This document shows, piece after piece, positions 25,951 through 35,179 of a stretch of 51,552 nucleotides of DNA (within the stretch, counting starts at the first letter, position 1; the number at the start of each line of letters is the position of its first letter). The stretch is from positions 1-51,552 of the IMG/VR virus record IMGVR_UViG_3300027987_000379. One strand, 5' to 3'. Made by a program: the position numbers and the translations under genes. Below the pieces are notes generated by a model. That model was not told the origin of the DNA. It worked only from the letters and a program-made list of their open reading frames with translations, and ran no database searches. This DNA comes from a virus (taxonomy: Duplodnaviria > Caudoviricetes).

Positions 25951-26414
25951 GCGGAGTCAGCCCCAGATTCTCTTATGCGGGTGACCCATCGGCTTCACCG
26001 AGGGACGCGGTACGTTTCTTGGTTGGCGATACGAATCCGTTGCGTCCATTGTTGGATGATCGAGAGGTTGATTATGCGATCTCCGAAAACCCAAATCAGA
26101 GTCTGGCGGCTGCACTTTTAGCAGAGCATCTATTTGGGCGCTTTGCTGCACAGGCGGATATTACTGTTGGGCCCGTATCCAAATCATTCAGTAAAGTTGC
26201 AGAGCTTTTTAAACAAAAGGCAGACCAGCTCAAAGATGATGCATACAGAGGTGCGATACCATCGTTTCCGGCAATCTATGTTGCTGATAAATCCGCATTG
26301 GAGCAGGATTCAAGCCTAACAAAGCCAAGCTTTCGTGTCGGGTTATCTGATAATCCGTTTGCTGTACAATTAAACGATAGTCTTGATGATGCGGGATTCC
26401 ATGGCTTCTATTAA
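25947..26414 (+). CDS. Head-tail adaptor
   Basis: RDAVRFLVGDT...LLDDREV; position. Confidence 0.8.
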   Translation: MSGVSPRFSYAGDPSASPRDAVRFLVGDTNPLRPLLDDREVDYAISENPNQSLAAALLAEHLFGRFAAQADITVGPVSKSFSKVAELFKQKADQLKDDAYRGAIPSFPAIYVADKSALEQDSSLTKPSFRVGLSDNPFAVQLNDSLDDAGFHGFY

Positions 26415-26859
26415 AGAAATAGATACGGGCTGGAATCGGTTCAAAAAATCATTGGCCAGGATTGGCGACAAGGAAGTTATTGTTGGTATTCCTGGCGAGG
26501 TTGATTTTTCAAAGCCAACCACTGCGGCGATCGGAATGATTCATGAATTCGGGTCTGCTGATGGAACCATCCCAGAGAGGTCGTTCATTCGTTCTACGTT
26601 TGACAAGAACGTCAACAAATATGAAAGAGAACTCAAAAAAAGACTTACTTCTTCTATCAGAAAGACAAAAATGGCGGATGATGCGGCACTATTTCAGGTC
26701 GGAGAGATCGCCAGAGCCGATGTTATCAACAGCATCGTAAAACGTGAGATTAAGCAGGATTTAAAACCAGAGACCATTGCAAGAAAGGGATCAAGCACTG
26801 CGTTGATAGATACTGGTAATCTCATTGGATCAATAGAGTCGAAGGTAAGGAGTAAGTGA
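26401..26859 (+). CDS. Neck/tail-completion protein
   Basis: HEFG..IPERSFIR..TIARKGSS.ALIDTG. Confidence 0.85.
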   Translation: MASIKEIDTGWNRFKKSLARIGDKEVIVGIPGEVDFSKPTTAAIGMIHEFGSADGTIPERSFIRSTFDKNVNKYERELKKRLTSSIRKTKMADDAALFQVGEIARADVINSIVKREIKQDLKPETIARKGSSTALIDTGNLIGSIESKVRSK

Positions 26860-26865
26860 TACCCA

Positions 26866-27225
26866 ATGCTCAATGACTTGTCGAGCGCTGTTATTGATTG
26901 CACTGTATGCGCAACCCTATGCAGATTTTCTTCAACTGCCCTTGAGAAGGGTCGTAAACAAGAGCCAATCAGGGAAGAGAAGGAGATTTTGGCAAGCATA
27001 TCTCCTTTGACGGCGCGAGATTTGAAAAGATTTCCAGAGGGGCAATTGGCCGAGGGGACGATTTTGATTATCACTACAGAGGAATTGCATACGGTATCCT
27101 CCAGCAAGTGCCAGATAGCCGATGAGGTTATTTATAAGGATACCTGCTACCAGATATCAACTGTGAATGATTGGTACGACCTGGGCGGTTTTTATGAAGC
27201 TATAGGGACCAGGCTTAAGCGATGA
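26866..27225 (+). CDS. Head-closure/stopper protein
   Basis: ASISPL..DL..FPEG..AD.V.Y; position. Confidence 0.75.
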   Translation: MLNDLSSAVIDCTVCATLCRFSSTALEKGRKQEPIREEKEILASISPLTARDLKRFPEGQLAEGTILIITTEELHTVSSSKCQIADEVIYKDTCYQISTVNDWYDLGGFYEAIGTRLKR

Positions 27226-27839
27226 TTGACTGGGAATCCATAGATAGCGCTTTGTTCGATTGGGTGCAAACATCATTTGATGGGATCGGCGAGGAAGTAT
27301 CGTTGAATAACGGACAGATTATCTGGGCGAATCAAAATATCCCACAGCCAGCATATCCCTACATAACACTTAGACGTGACAGCCTGATTCGATTGGGCGG
27401 TCGTGATGAAATAAGACAATCAGTTGATATGAGTCAACCCCAAGGCCAAGAGGTTGCGCTTGAAACAGTAGGCGTTCGCGAGTTTACACTAACATTGAAT
27501 GCTTTCGTTGATGAACAAACGGGAGCGAACAATCCAAATTGTGATGCGATTTATCTGCTCAGTGTTTTGCAGTCGAGCCTAAGCCAGCAGTCTATTATTG
27601 AGGCTTTTTGCCTTTCTGGAATTGCTGTCGTTGAAGAATTGGCCGTTACAGACCTGAGCGAAGTTGTGAATGGTCTGTTCATCAGTCGGGCGTCAATGGG
27701 CGTCCGGTTTCGTACTACTTTCACTTGTATTGAGCGTACTGGGTTTATTGATACGGTTGAAATCCAATCTGTCCCAAGCAATCCAAGTGACCCCAACGAT
27801 GTCAGCGGGGTGTCATTAACAGTGCAGCTCAATAATTAG
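27222..27839 (+). CDS. Neck/tail terminator protein
   Basis: IIWANQNIPQPAYPYIT; immediately before sheath. Confidence 0.75.
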   Translation: MIDWESIDSALFDWVQTSFDGIGEEVSLNNGQIIWANQNIPQPAYPYITLRRDSLIRLGGRDEIRQSVDMSQPQGQEVALETVGVREFTLTLNAFVDEQTGANNPNCDAIYLLSVLQSSLSQQSIIEAFCLSGIAVVEELAVTDLSEVVNGLFISRASMGVRFRTTFTCIERTGFIDTVEIQSVPSNPSDPNDVSGVSLTVQLNN

Positions 27840-27850
27840 GAGGGATACCG

Positions 27851-29230
27851 ATGAGTCTCCAAGATATTGTTGACGTCCAGATAAGCAAGGAAACCGCGAC
27901 TGTGTCGCGTGTGGGATTTGGTGTTCCGCTGATTCTCACCTATCACACAAAAGACGCGTCTAGGGTGCTAGAATTTACTGATGCACCATCAATGCTGGTA
28001 GCTGGAGGAGGGCCGTTCGCATCAACGGACATGGCGTATATTTTGGCCAATGCCGCGTTTTCGCAAAACCCGCGCCCCAGCAAAGTTATTATTGGAAGGC
28101 GTGTGCATCCCACAATCAGAACAGTCACGATAACGCCACGGTCTGGAACGATTGCGGGTGAGACATATCCATTAAATAATACAGCATACACAGTAACCAT
28201 CAACGGGACCGCATTCACATTTACGACCGACGCAACAGCTACGGTTGCTGAGATTACGGCTGGGTTAACAGCACTGATCAATGGCGGAACAGAGAACGTT
28301 CTTGCTACCGATAATACAACGAGTATTACGATCGCAAAGGCTGCCACTCCAGGAGGTATTGCAACCGCAGGCGTTCCGTTTACAATAGCGCAAAATCGTT
28401 CTTTGATGGAAATCGATGATATTACTCCAGCGGCAGCAGGGGGTACATTGGCATCAGAAATAGCTGCGATTAGGGATATTAATGATGATTGGTATGGGAT
28501 CTGTGGGGATTGGTGGGGGACTATTGAAATTACGGCAGTCGCTGCGGCAGTGGAAGGGCTAAGCAAGCTGCATATCGCGGCATCTCCAGACGATAATATT
28601 TATGATAACGCTGTTACGGATGATATCGGGTCTGATCTTCAAACTGCCGCATATGCCAGGACTGCTTTGTATCATCATATAACCCCCGAGACAGGTATCG
28701 CTTCTGCAGTGCTGGGCAAAAATTTGCCGAAGGATCCGGGCTCCATTACATGGAAATTCAAGACTCTTAATGGGATCGCTACCGTTACCTATACGGCCAC
28801 AGAAAAATCGACCTTGGTGAACAAGAATGTCGAGAGATATATTACTGTTGCCGGAGTTAATATCACCTGCGATGGGAAAACGAGCTCTGGCGAATTTATC
28901 GATGTAACCAGGTTTGTTGATTGGTTGACGGTGAGATTGCAAGAAAATGTGTTTTTCCGTCTCGCCAATCTCGATAAAGTCCCCTATACGGACCAAGGTG
29001 TCGGGGTCATCGAGAATGAGGTTCGCGGAACGTTGAATCTTGGGATTAGTGTAGGTGGATTGGCAGCAGATCCTGAACCTACGGTAACCGTTCCAAGCGC
29101 AATTGTTGGATCAACAAAGGGTGTATCGGCAAATGATAAGGCAAATCGTTTGTTGCCTGATGTCAATTTTACTGCAGTTCTTGCTGGCGCAATCCACAGT
29201 CTTGAGATTAACGGCAAAGTGACGGTATAA
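27851..29230 (+). CDS. Tail sheath protein (DUF3383)
   Basis: DIVDVQIS, FSQNPRP, PGSITWKFKTL, GEFIDV..DWL, KVPYTDQG. Confidence 0.93.
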   Translation: MSLQDIVDVQISKETATVSRVGFGVPLILTYHTKDASRVLEFTDAPSMLVAGGGPFASTDMAYILANAAFSQNPRPSKVIIGRRVHPTIRTVTITPRSGTIAGETYPLNNTAYTVTINGTAFTFTTDATATVAEITAGLTALINGGTENVLATDNTTSITIAKAATPGGIATAGVPFTIAQNRSLMEIDDITPAAAGGTLASEIAAIRDINDDWYGICGDWWGTIEITAVAAAVEGLSKLHIAASPDDNIYDNAVTDDIGSDLQTAAYARTALYHHITPETGIASAVLGKNLPKDPGSITWKFKTLNGIATVTYTATEKSTLVNKNVERYITVAGVNITCDGKTSSGEFIDVTRFVDWLTVRLQENVFFRLANLDKVPYTDQGVGVIENEVRGTLNLGISVGGLAADPEPTVTVPSAIVGSTKGVSANDKANRLLPDVNFTAVLAGAIHSLEINGKVTV

Positions 29231-29244
29231 GGAGGGGGTGACCT

Positions 29245-29667
29245 ATGAGTGTAAAGACATACGATCCGGCAGCCATTGCCATCATTTTCGCTGGGATTCC
29301 ATTCGATGGGTATGGAGATGGAACCTTCGTCACCATTGCTAGGGATAATCCATCATTCAACTCTATCGTGGGCAGCAACGGCGAAGGTGCCAGAGCAAAA
29401 TCAAATGACCAGTCTGGGACTGTGGTGGTCACACTTTTACAGACATCCAACACCAACGCATTGCTGTCTGAAATCTCCAGGATTGATGAATTAACAGGAG
29501 ATGGAGTTCATCCCCTCCTGGTGAAAGATAACTCTGGAACGACTATTTATCAGGCAGAGACGGCCTGGCTCGAAAAACCAGCGGATGCGGAATTCGCAAG
29601 AGAAATTACTAATAGGGAATGGACGATTAAGACTGATAAGTTACTCATGTTTACTGGAGGCAACTAG
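29245..29667 (+). CDS. Tail tube protein (DUF3277)
   Basis: KTYDP, VGSNGE, SGTV..TLLQTS..N, REW. Confidence 0.92.
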   Translation: MSVKTYDPAAIAIIFAGIPFDGYGDGTFVTIARDNPSFNSIVGSNGEGARAKSNDQSGTVVVTLLQTSNTNALLSEISRIDELTGDGVHPLLVKDNSGTTIYQAETAWLEKPADAEFAREITNREWTIKTDKLLMFTGGN

Positions 29668-29787
29668 CTTCCCTTTATCCTTATCGAGCGCTGTATTCCT
29701 CGTTTTCAGACGTCTCCCCCAAAAGCCGTCCTCTCTGGGAATGCAGTCGCTTGACGGATATTGCAGTACGCGTGTAAAACCCATTGT

Positions 29788-30288
29788 ATGGCACAATATG
29801 ATGGGGAAACATCGGAAGAAATTGACGGCTTTCGTTATCGGGTTCTGATGCTAGATCCGCTGAAAGCATCTGATATTCTTGCAGATTTGGGGTATCTCTT
29901 GGCACCTGTGGTGGGATCTTTGGGTGGTACCCTTGTTAAAGAGAAGGGTGATCTGCTAGAGCGGGCGATGGATGGTTTTGGCGATGACGATAAAACATCC
30001 ATTGATACGGCAATAGAAAGGGCTGTGACGGGCTTTTTCGATCGGTTCAGCAAGGACAAACAAAGGGAGCTCATGGACCTTATGGCCAAACAGACGATGG
30101 TCATCATGGGTGACGGCAAGGAGCCGAGATTGTCGGACATGTTTAGTACTCATTTCCGAGGCCGGGTTAAATCTATGTACCGTTGGTTCTTTTTCGCCAT
30201 TAAGGTGCAATTTAAGGATTTTTTTACTGGGCTGGACGGAGATATCGGCCACGCCGTCCAGCAAGCACTGGCGCGAGTAGCAACGTAG
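29788..30288 (+). CDS. Tail assembly chaperone
   Basis: Between tube and TMP; ends ..VQFKDFF. Confidence 0.8.
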   Translation: MAQYDGETSEEIDGFRYRVLMLDPLKASDILADLGYLLAPVVGSLGGTLVKEKGDLLERAMDGFGDDDKTSIDTAIERAVTGFFDRFSKDKQRELMDLMAKQTMVIMGDGKEPRLSDMFSTHFRGRVKSMYRWFFFAIKVQFKDFFTGLDGDIGHAVQQALARVAT

Positions 30289-30488
30289 AAATTCCAGAGC
30301 ATCTATTAAAACATTCGCATATTTGGCGGCTGGTAAATCGTAAGATCGCTACCTATGGTGATATAATTAAGGTCTGGGATATCAACGAGGTCATGACTGC
30401 AAACGAATGGCTTGATATCGCAGATGACATGGAGTGGCTCGAGGCTAAAGAGCAAGAACGCAAGATGAAGTCTCAATCACGGCGGTGA
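30219..30488 (+). other. Programmed -1 frameshift site and extension of the tail chaperone
   Basis: T TTT TTT at 30219-30225; -1 frame open to TGA 30486-30488, immediately before the TMP ATG at 30490. Confidence 0.75.
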
Positions 30489-30489
30489 C

Positions 30490-32046
30490 ATGGCCCTTCG
30501 AGAACTCCTATTAAAGCTTGGTATTGATGTAGACAAGAGCGGTGTCAAAAACGCCGATCAGTCTCTTGCCAAGATTAAGAAGGCAGCCATTGTTGCAGGC
30601 GCGGCCTTTGCTGCCATAAAAGCCGTTGGCGCGATCAAGGGTGTTGTCGATGATGTCCGTGCCATTGGTGACGAGCTAGATAAGACGTCTAAGCAATTAG
30701 GAATCTCTACTCAGGCGTTGCAAGAATTCAGGTTTGCCGCTGGATTGGCTGGCGTTAACGGAGGGGAGTTCTCGACATCTCTAAGATTCTTGCAGAAGAA
30801 TGCATTTGAGGCGGCTCGTGGATCCAAATCCATGGAAGAAGCCTTTGCCAAGGCTGGCGTTTCTGTAAAGGATGCAAATGGGCAACTGAAGAATGGGGAG
30901 CAGTTGCTGATCGAACTTGGTGATGGGCTTGCCAAGACCACCAATTCAACCGAAAAGGTTGCGATTGCTCAGACCTTGATGGGGCGCTCTGGCGCCAAGC
31001 TTTTACCTCTGTTTGAGGGTGGCGCTGAAGGCATGGCCAAGATGCGGGAAGAAGCTCGCAGTCTTGGCGGCGTGCTTGATCAGGAGCTGATTGATGCAAC
31101 AGTACAGCTTACGGATGACCAATTTCGCCTTGAACAGGCATGGCAGGGTGTTAAGAATGAGATAGCCACGCAGGTGATACCTGCGTTTCTGAAGGTTACA
31201 CATGCAATGACGCAGATTGCCAAGATGCTGCGTGGTCCTGTGTCGGTCGCATTCAAAATTATATCTGGCATATTTTCTGCGATTGGCAACATCGCATCGT
31301 TTCTGAATGAGAAATTGCAGGGGCTCGGTACCATATTTGGCACCGTTGCGACAGCTGCGGGAACCCTCGGTGTCGCGATGATTATCCTGGGTAGGAAATC
31401 TGTCTTCGCTGCCATCCGATTCGCTGCTGGATGGATAGCGGCTGCCGCACCTATTCTGTTGATTATGGGCCTAATAGGCCTGCTTTTACTCATTGTCGAT
31501 GACGTGGTCACTTTTTTCAAGGGTGGCGATTCATTGACGGGCAGATTTGTCAATGCGATTCGTAAATGGGTGAGGAAGATGGGTGGATTCACCAAGGCTG
31601 TTGGTGAGCTATTCAAAAAGTTCCTCACGGATGTTCTTGGTGTCTCTGAGGGAACTGCGATGAAGATGCAGAATGCCTTTGAGGCGATTTTAGAGACAAT
31701 TGGTAAAATTATTAAAGGCATTGGTACGGCGATTGGGTTTGCAATTGATTTGGCAACGAAGCTTACAGATGCTTTGGGGATTACAGATTCTGAATCTGCT
31801 GAACGAACAGAACAGAATAGAGCGGCGAAGGCTAGAGAGCTTCGACGAAGAAGAGGGATGAGCGCAGCAGCAGCAGCGCAGGTGAGAGCTATCAATCAAC
31901 TTAATACCATTAATAGCAGTGTTTCAGTGGCAGTTGATGCGAGAGGGCAATCCAATCCTGCCGCAATCGCCAACGCAGTGGGTGACAAAGTGTCAAGAGT
32001 GCAGGCGCAGCGGCAAACTGCCAATGCATTTGCAACGTCGAGATAG
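30490..32046 (+). CDS. Tape measure protein
   Basis: LRELLLKLG start, helical Ala-rich repeats, hydrophobic central segments. Confidence 0.9.
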   Translation: MALRELLLKLGIDVDKSGVKNADQSLAKIKKAAIVAGAAFAAIKAVGAIKGVVDDVRAIGDELDKTSKQLGISTQALQEFRFAAGLAGVNGGEFSTSLRFLQKNAFEAARGSKSMEEAFAKAGVSVKDANGQLKNGEQLLIELGDGLAKTTNSTEKVAIAQTLMGRSGAKLLPLFEGGAEGMAKMREEARSLGGVLDQELIDATVQLTDDQFRLEQAWQGVKNEIATQVIPAFLKVTHAMTQIAKMLRGPVSVAFKIISGIFSAIGNIASFLNEKLQGLGTIFGTVATAAGTLGVAMIILGRKSVFAAIRFAAGWIAAAAPILLIMGLIGLLLLIVDDVVTFFKGGDSLTGRFVNAIRKWVRKMGGFTKAVGELFKKFLTDVLGVSEGTAMKMQNAFEAILETIGKIIKGIGTAIGFAIDLATKLTDALGITDSESAERTEQNRAAKARELRRRRGMSAAAAAQVRAINQLNTINSSVSVAVDARGQSNPAAIANAVGDKVSRVQAQRQTANAFATSR

Positions 32047-32049
32047 AGT

Positions 32050-32697
32050 ATGGCCGGCTCATTCTTAGACAGTACAACCGATCAAAGGCAGCGCGTTGTT
32101 ATCGCTTGGGAAGAAAATAGTAGCGAGGTCGTGGAGTTTGATGCTGTCATCACCGAAAACCATCTATCTGCATCAGAGATTACAGATCACCCTGTCGAGA
32201 GTGGAGTTGACTTCACAGATCATATTCGTAGCGTCCAGGACGAATTGAGAATCACAGGAGTGGTCACAGATACGCCCGTCATTAGAGATGCGTCGATTAG
32301 TGCTGGTGCACCTAATACGGGCGGAGACTCAAAGGATAGGGCAGCGAGCGCATATCGATGGCTATTAGATGTTAAGGACAGGGCGAAACTTGTTACTATC
32401 ACTACTAAACTTCGTGATTACAGAAATATGGCTCTCGTATCTATGGCCGTTACGAGAGATGCGGGTTCATCACGCATCTTGAATGCCGATCTGTCTTTCA
32501 GGGAAATATTCATAGCAATCACAGAGAAGGTGGATGCTCCGATACCTACCGCTGCGGCGGCACCTGCACGAAACAAGAAAAGGCCGCAAGGAAAGAAAGC
32601 AAAAAGGTCTGAGACGCAAGCGAACCAGGACAAGGCGAAGACGACACAGCAATCTGTACTCGTATCTGGGGCCAAATCTCTTGGTCTTATTGAATAA
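32050..32697 (+). CDS. Dit-like baseplate/tube-initiator protein
   Basis: FDAVITENH..EITDHPVESG..TDH. Confidence 0.85.
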   Translation: MAGSFLDSTTDQRQRVVIAWEENSSEVVEFDAVITENHLSASEITDHPVESGVDFTDHIRSVQDELRITGVVTDTPVIRDASISAGAPNTGGDSKDRAASAYRWLLDVKDRAKLVTITTKLRDYRNMALVSMAVTRDAGSSRILNADLSFREIFIAITEKVDAPIPTAAAAPARNKKRPQGKKAKRSETQANQDKAKTTQQSVLVSGAKSLGLIE

Positions 32698-32702
32698 ACC
32701 CC

Positions 32703-33590
32703 ATGGCTGATAAGCTTTTCAAGAGAGACTTTGTTATTACTGTTGGAACGACGCGAATCGCAGCAAGATTGCTTGACAATACCCGTAAAGAGCTTGGGCT
32801 CATCAAGGATGAACTCACAAATATTTTGAAGGTTGAGTTTAATATCGTAAGAACCATCAAGGGTGAACCGAATAAATGTGATCTGTCTATCTACAATCTG
32901 AACAAGGATAACCGTATCAAGTTTCAGCCCAGGGGGCAGGCGGTTATCATCGAAGCGGGTCACCTGGATAATATGTCTCAATTGTTTTCTGGACAGATTG
33001 AATATGCATCCAACATGCTCGATGGTCGGGACTGGATTACAACAGTCCAAGCAGGGGATGGCACCAAAAAGATAAAATCATCAAGGATTAACACATCCTT
33101 AAAGGGACCTGTAAAGGTAAAGGATGCTTTAAGCATCGCTGCAGATGCACTGGGGGTGAATCCTGGCAACCTCGCAACAGCGATTCAAAAAGGTGCCTTG
33201 CGGGGAAATTTGACTGAGTTCAGCAATGGAATTGTTCTTTCGGGCAAGGCGGACAAAGTTCTCGCCAGCGTTGCATCATCGATGGGTTATTTCGCATCCG
33301 TTCAGGACGGGCAATTGATTCTGCTTGGCAAGGAAGATTTTCTTGGGAATACGGCAGCAGTTATTTCGCCTTCGCGCGGCATGGTTGGATCGCCAGAGCC
33401 AGGCGAAGATGGTTTTGTGAGTGTACGTACAATGGTGCAGCCTAATCTTCTCCCTGGATATAGAGTCAAGATTGAATCGGCCCAGGTGAACGGTTTCTAC
33501 CGCATTGACCGGGTCGAATTCTCTGGTGACACTTGGGGAACAGATTGGTATGCGGATCTGGATTGCAAGCCACTTTTGGGGGCATCATGA
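32703..33590 (+). CDS. Baseplate hub protein
   Basis: PNKCDLSIYNL, IEAG, LFSG.I, SVQDGQL, GMVGSPE, GDT.G.DW. Confidence 0.88.
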   Translation: MADKLFKRDFVITVGTTRIAARLLDNTRKELGLIKDELTNILKVEFNIVRTIKGEPNKCDLSIYNLNKDNRIKFQPRGQAVIIEAGHLDNMSQLFSGQIEYASNMLDGRDWITTVQAGDGTKKIKSSRINTSLKGPVKVKDALSIAADALGVNPGNLATAIQKGALRGNLTEFSNGIVLSGKADKVLASVASSMGYFASVQDGQLILLGKEDFLGNTAAVISPSRGMVGSPEPGEDGFVSVRTMVQPNLLPGYRVKIESAQVNGFYRIDRVEFSGDTWGTDWYADLDCKPLLGAS

Positions 33591-34285
33591 GCGCTGTGTC
33601 AAGAACGCCCGAGTTTGAGGAAGTGCTCAAGCTGGCAATTAATTCGTTCCTTGAGGATGTTCACACGGGCCTTCCTGGCAGGGTGACTGAGTATTTCCCG
33701 GCAACGCAGAGGGCGCATATAAAACCCCTGGTGAAACGACGTATTATCCATCAGGATGGCAGCGAATTACTCGAAGAGCTTCCTGTTATCCCAGATGTGC
33801 CAATCGCCTTCGCCAGAACGCAAAAGTTTTTCTTCACACTCCCGATCAAGCAGGGTGACTTAGTCACGCTGCATTTCATGGAAAGGAGTATTGATAATTA
33901 TCTGTCTGGAACCGGAGAGGATACTGATCCGGATGAGTTCAGGCGTCATGATCTGTCTGATGCGGTGGCAATACCAGGATTTTATCCATTCAAAAAATCA
34001 ATCAAGGACATCAGTTCTGACAATACTGTCATCGGCTATGACAACGGTGGGATTCAGCTTCATCTCACACCCAATGGAACGATGGAAGTGAAGCTAGGTG
34101 GATCTTCAAATGAAGCGGTTGCATTAGGGAACGCGCTGCAATCATTTTGGACAAACCTCGTAAAGCCATACATAGATAGCCATTTTCACCCTACTGGTGT
34201 AGGCCCTTCTGGGGCTCCGACCACACAGCTCCCAAGTTTTGATGAATCAATTATTTCTAAAGTCATCTTGGTAAAAGGACCGTAG
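33587..34285 (+). CDS. Central spike protein (Gp138-like)
   Basis: HTGLPG.V, DVP, PIKQGD, RRHDLSDAVAIPG, C-terminal HFHP. Confidence 0.9.
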   Translation: MSAVSRTPEFEEVLKLAINSFLEDVHTGLPGRVTEYFPATQRAHIKPLVKRRIIHQDGSELLEELPVIPDVPIAFARTQKFFFTLPIKQGDLVTLHFMERSIDNYLSGTGEDTDPDEFRRHDLSDAVAIPGFYPFKKSIKDISSDNTVIGYDNGGIQLHLTPNGTMEVKLGGSSNEAVALGNALQSFWTNLVKPYIDSHFHPTGVGPSGAPTTQLPSFDESIISKVILVKGP

Positions 34286-34287
34286 CC

Positions 34288-34791
34288 GTGGCGTTTTCTC
34301 AAACTAAATTAGCAGCAATGTTTACGGGGCCTCCGACAGCGATAGAATCCGAAGTCATTGATTTTATGGCGATAAAATGGTTGGATTTTTTCTCGGATTC
34401 GACGGTTGCTGGGTCTGGAGCGATCCCCTCAGCTCTGTCTGGGGCTGATGCAGCATTCCGGTCTTCAGCTGTAGGCCTGTCGGTGTCCGGTCAAGGTGCC
34501 CAAAAGATGCAGGATGCAATGTCTGCGTTTTGGGCGGCGGCGATGGCGAGTGCGCCATCAGTATGGATTACGGTACCGACCATTGTCCCTGGTACGGGCA
34601 TAGTACCTCCCGGACTCTCAGGGATGGTATCATCGTTGTCGCCCGTGTTTGCCTCAAATACTTCGGGGTCGGTTGATACAGCGGCGGCGGCGGCGAACCT
34701 CGCGTCTGCAATTATAGCGGCACAATCTGGCGCAACTGTAACTTTGGGTCCCCCGCCCCCTGGCGGAACGCCGTTGGTGCCGGTACTCTAG
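34288..34791 (+). CDS. Hypothetical Ala-rich baseplate/spike-associated protein
   Basis: Between spike and wedge; GTG start. Confidence 0.6.
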   Translation: MAFSQTKLAAMFTGPPTAIESEVIDFMAIKWLDFFSDSTVAGSGAIPSALSGADAAFRSSAVGLSVSGQGAQKMQDAMSAFWAAAMASAPSVWITVPTIVPGTGIVPPGLSGMVSSLSPVFASNTSGSVDTAAAAANLASAIIAAQSGATVTLGPPPPGGTPLVPVL

Positions 34792-34813
34792 CGGAAGGGA
34801 AAGGGGTTATTCG

Positions 34814-35179
34814 ATGTCTGATATTGCATTAGATGCCGATGGTGATTTGCTCATTGCCACGAACTCACTTTCGCTCGTGACTGGCGACGATGCTATTGTT
34901 CAGAATCTGAGGATACGGTTCCAATTTGTCCTTGGGGAATGGTTTCTGGATTCAAGGATTGGAATCCCTTATTTTGCAGAAATTTTAATCAAGAACCCAG
35001 ACTTGACCAGAGTGAGAGGCATCTTCCGGCAGGCCATACTAACAACACCGGGTATTGATTCTCTCGAAGAGTTCACTCTAGATTTTGATCGTGCTATCAG
35101 AAGGCTAACGCTGGAATTCATTGCACGAAAAGATGACGGTGGGATCCTGGAATTCAATGAGGAGTTCATAATCGAATGA
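34814..35179 (+). CDS. Sheath initiator / gp25-like wedge (DUF2634-like)
   Basis: GEWFLDSRIGIPY..I...PG. Confidence 0.85.
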   Translation: MSDIALDADGDLLIATNSLSLVTGDDAIVQNLRIRFQFVLGEWFLDSRIGIPYFAEILIKNPDLTRVRGIFRQAILTTPGIDSLEEFTLDFDRAIRRLTLEFIARKDDGGILEFNEEFIIE

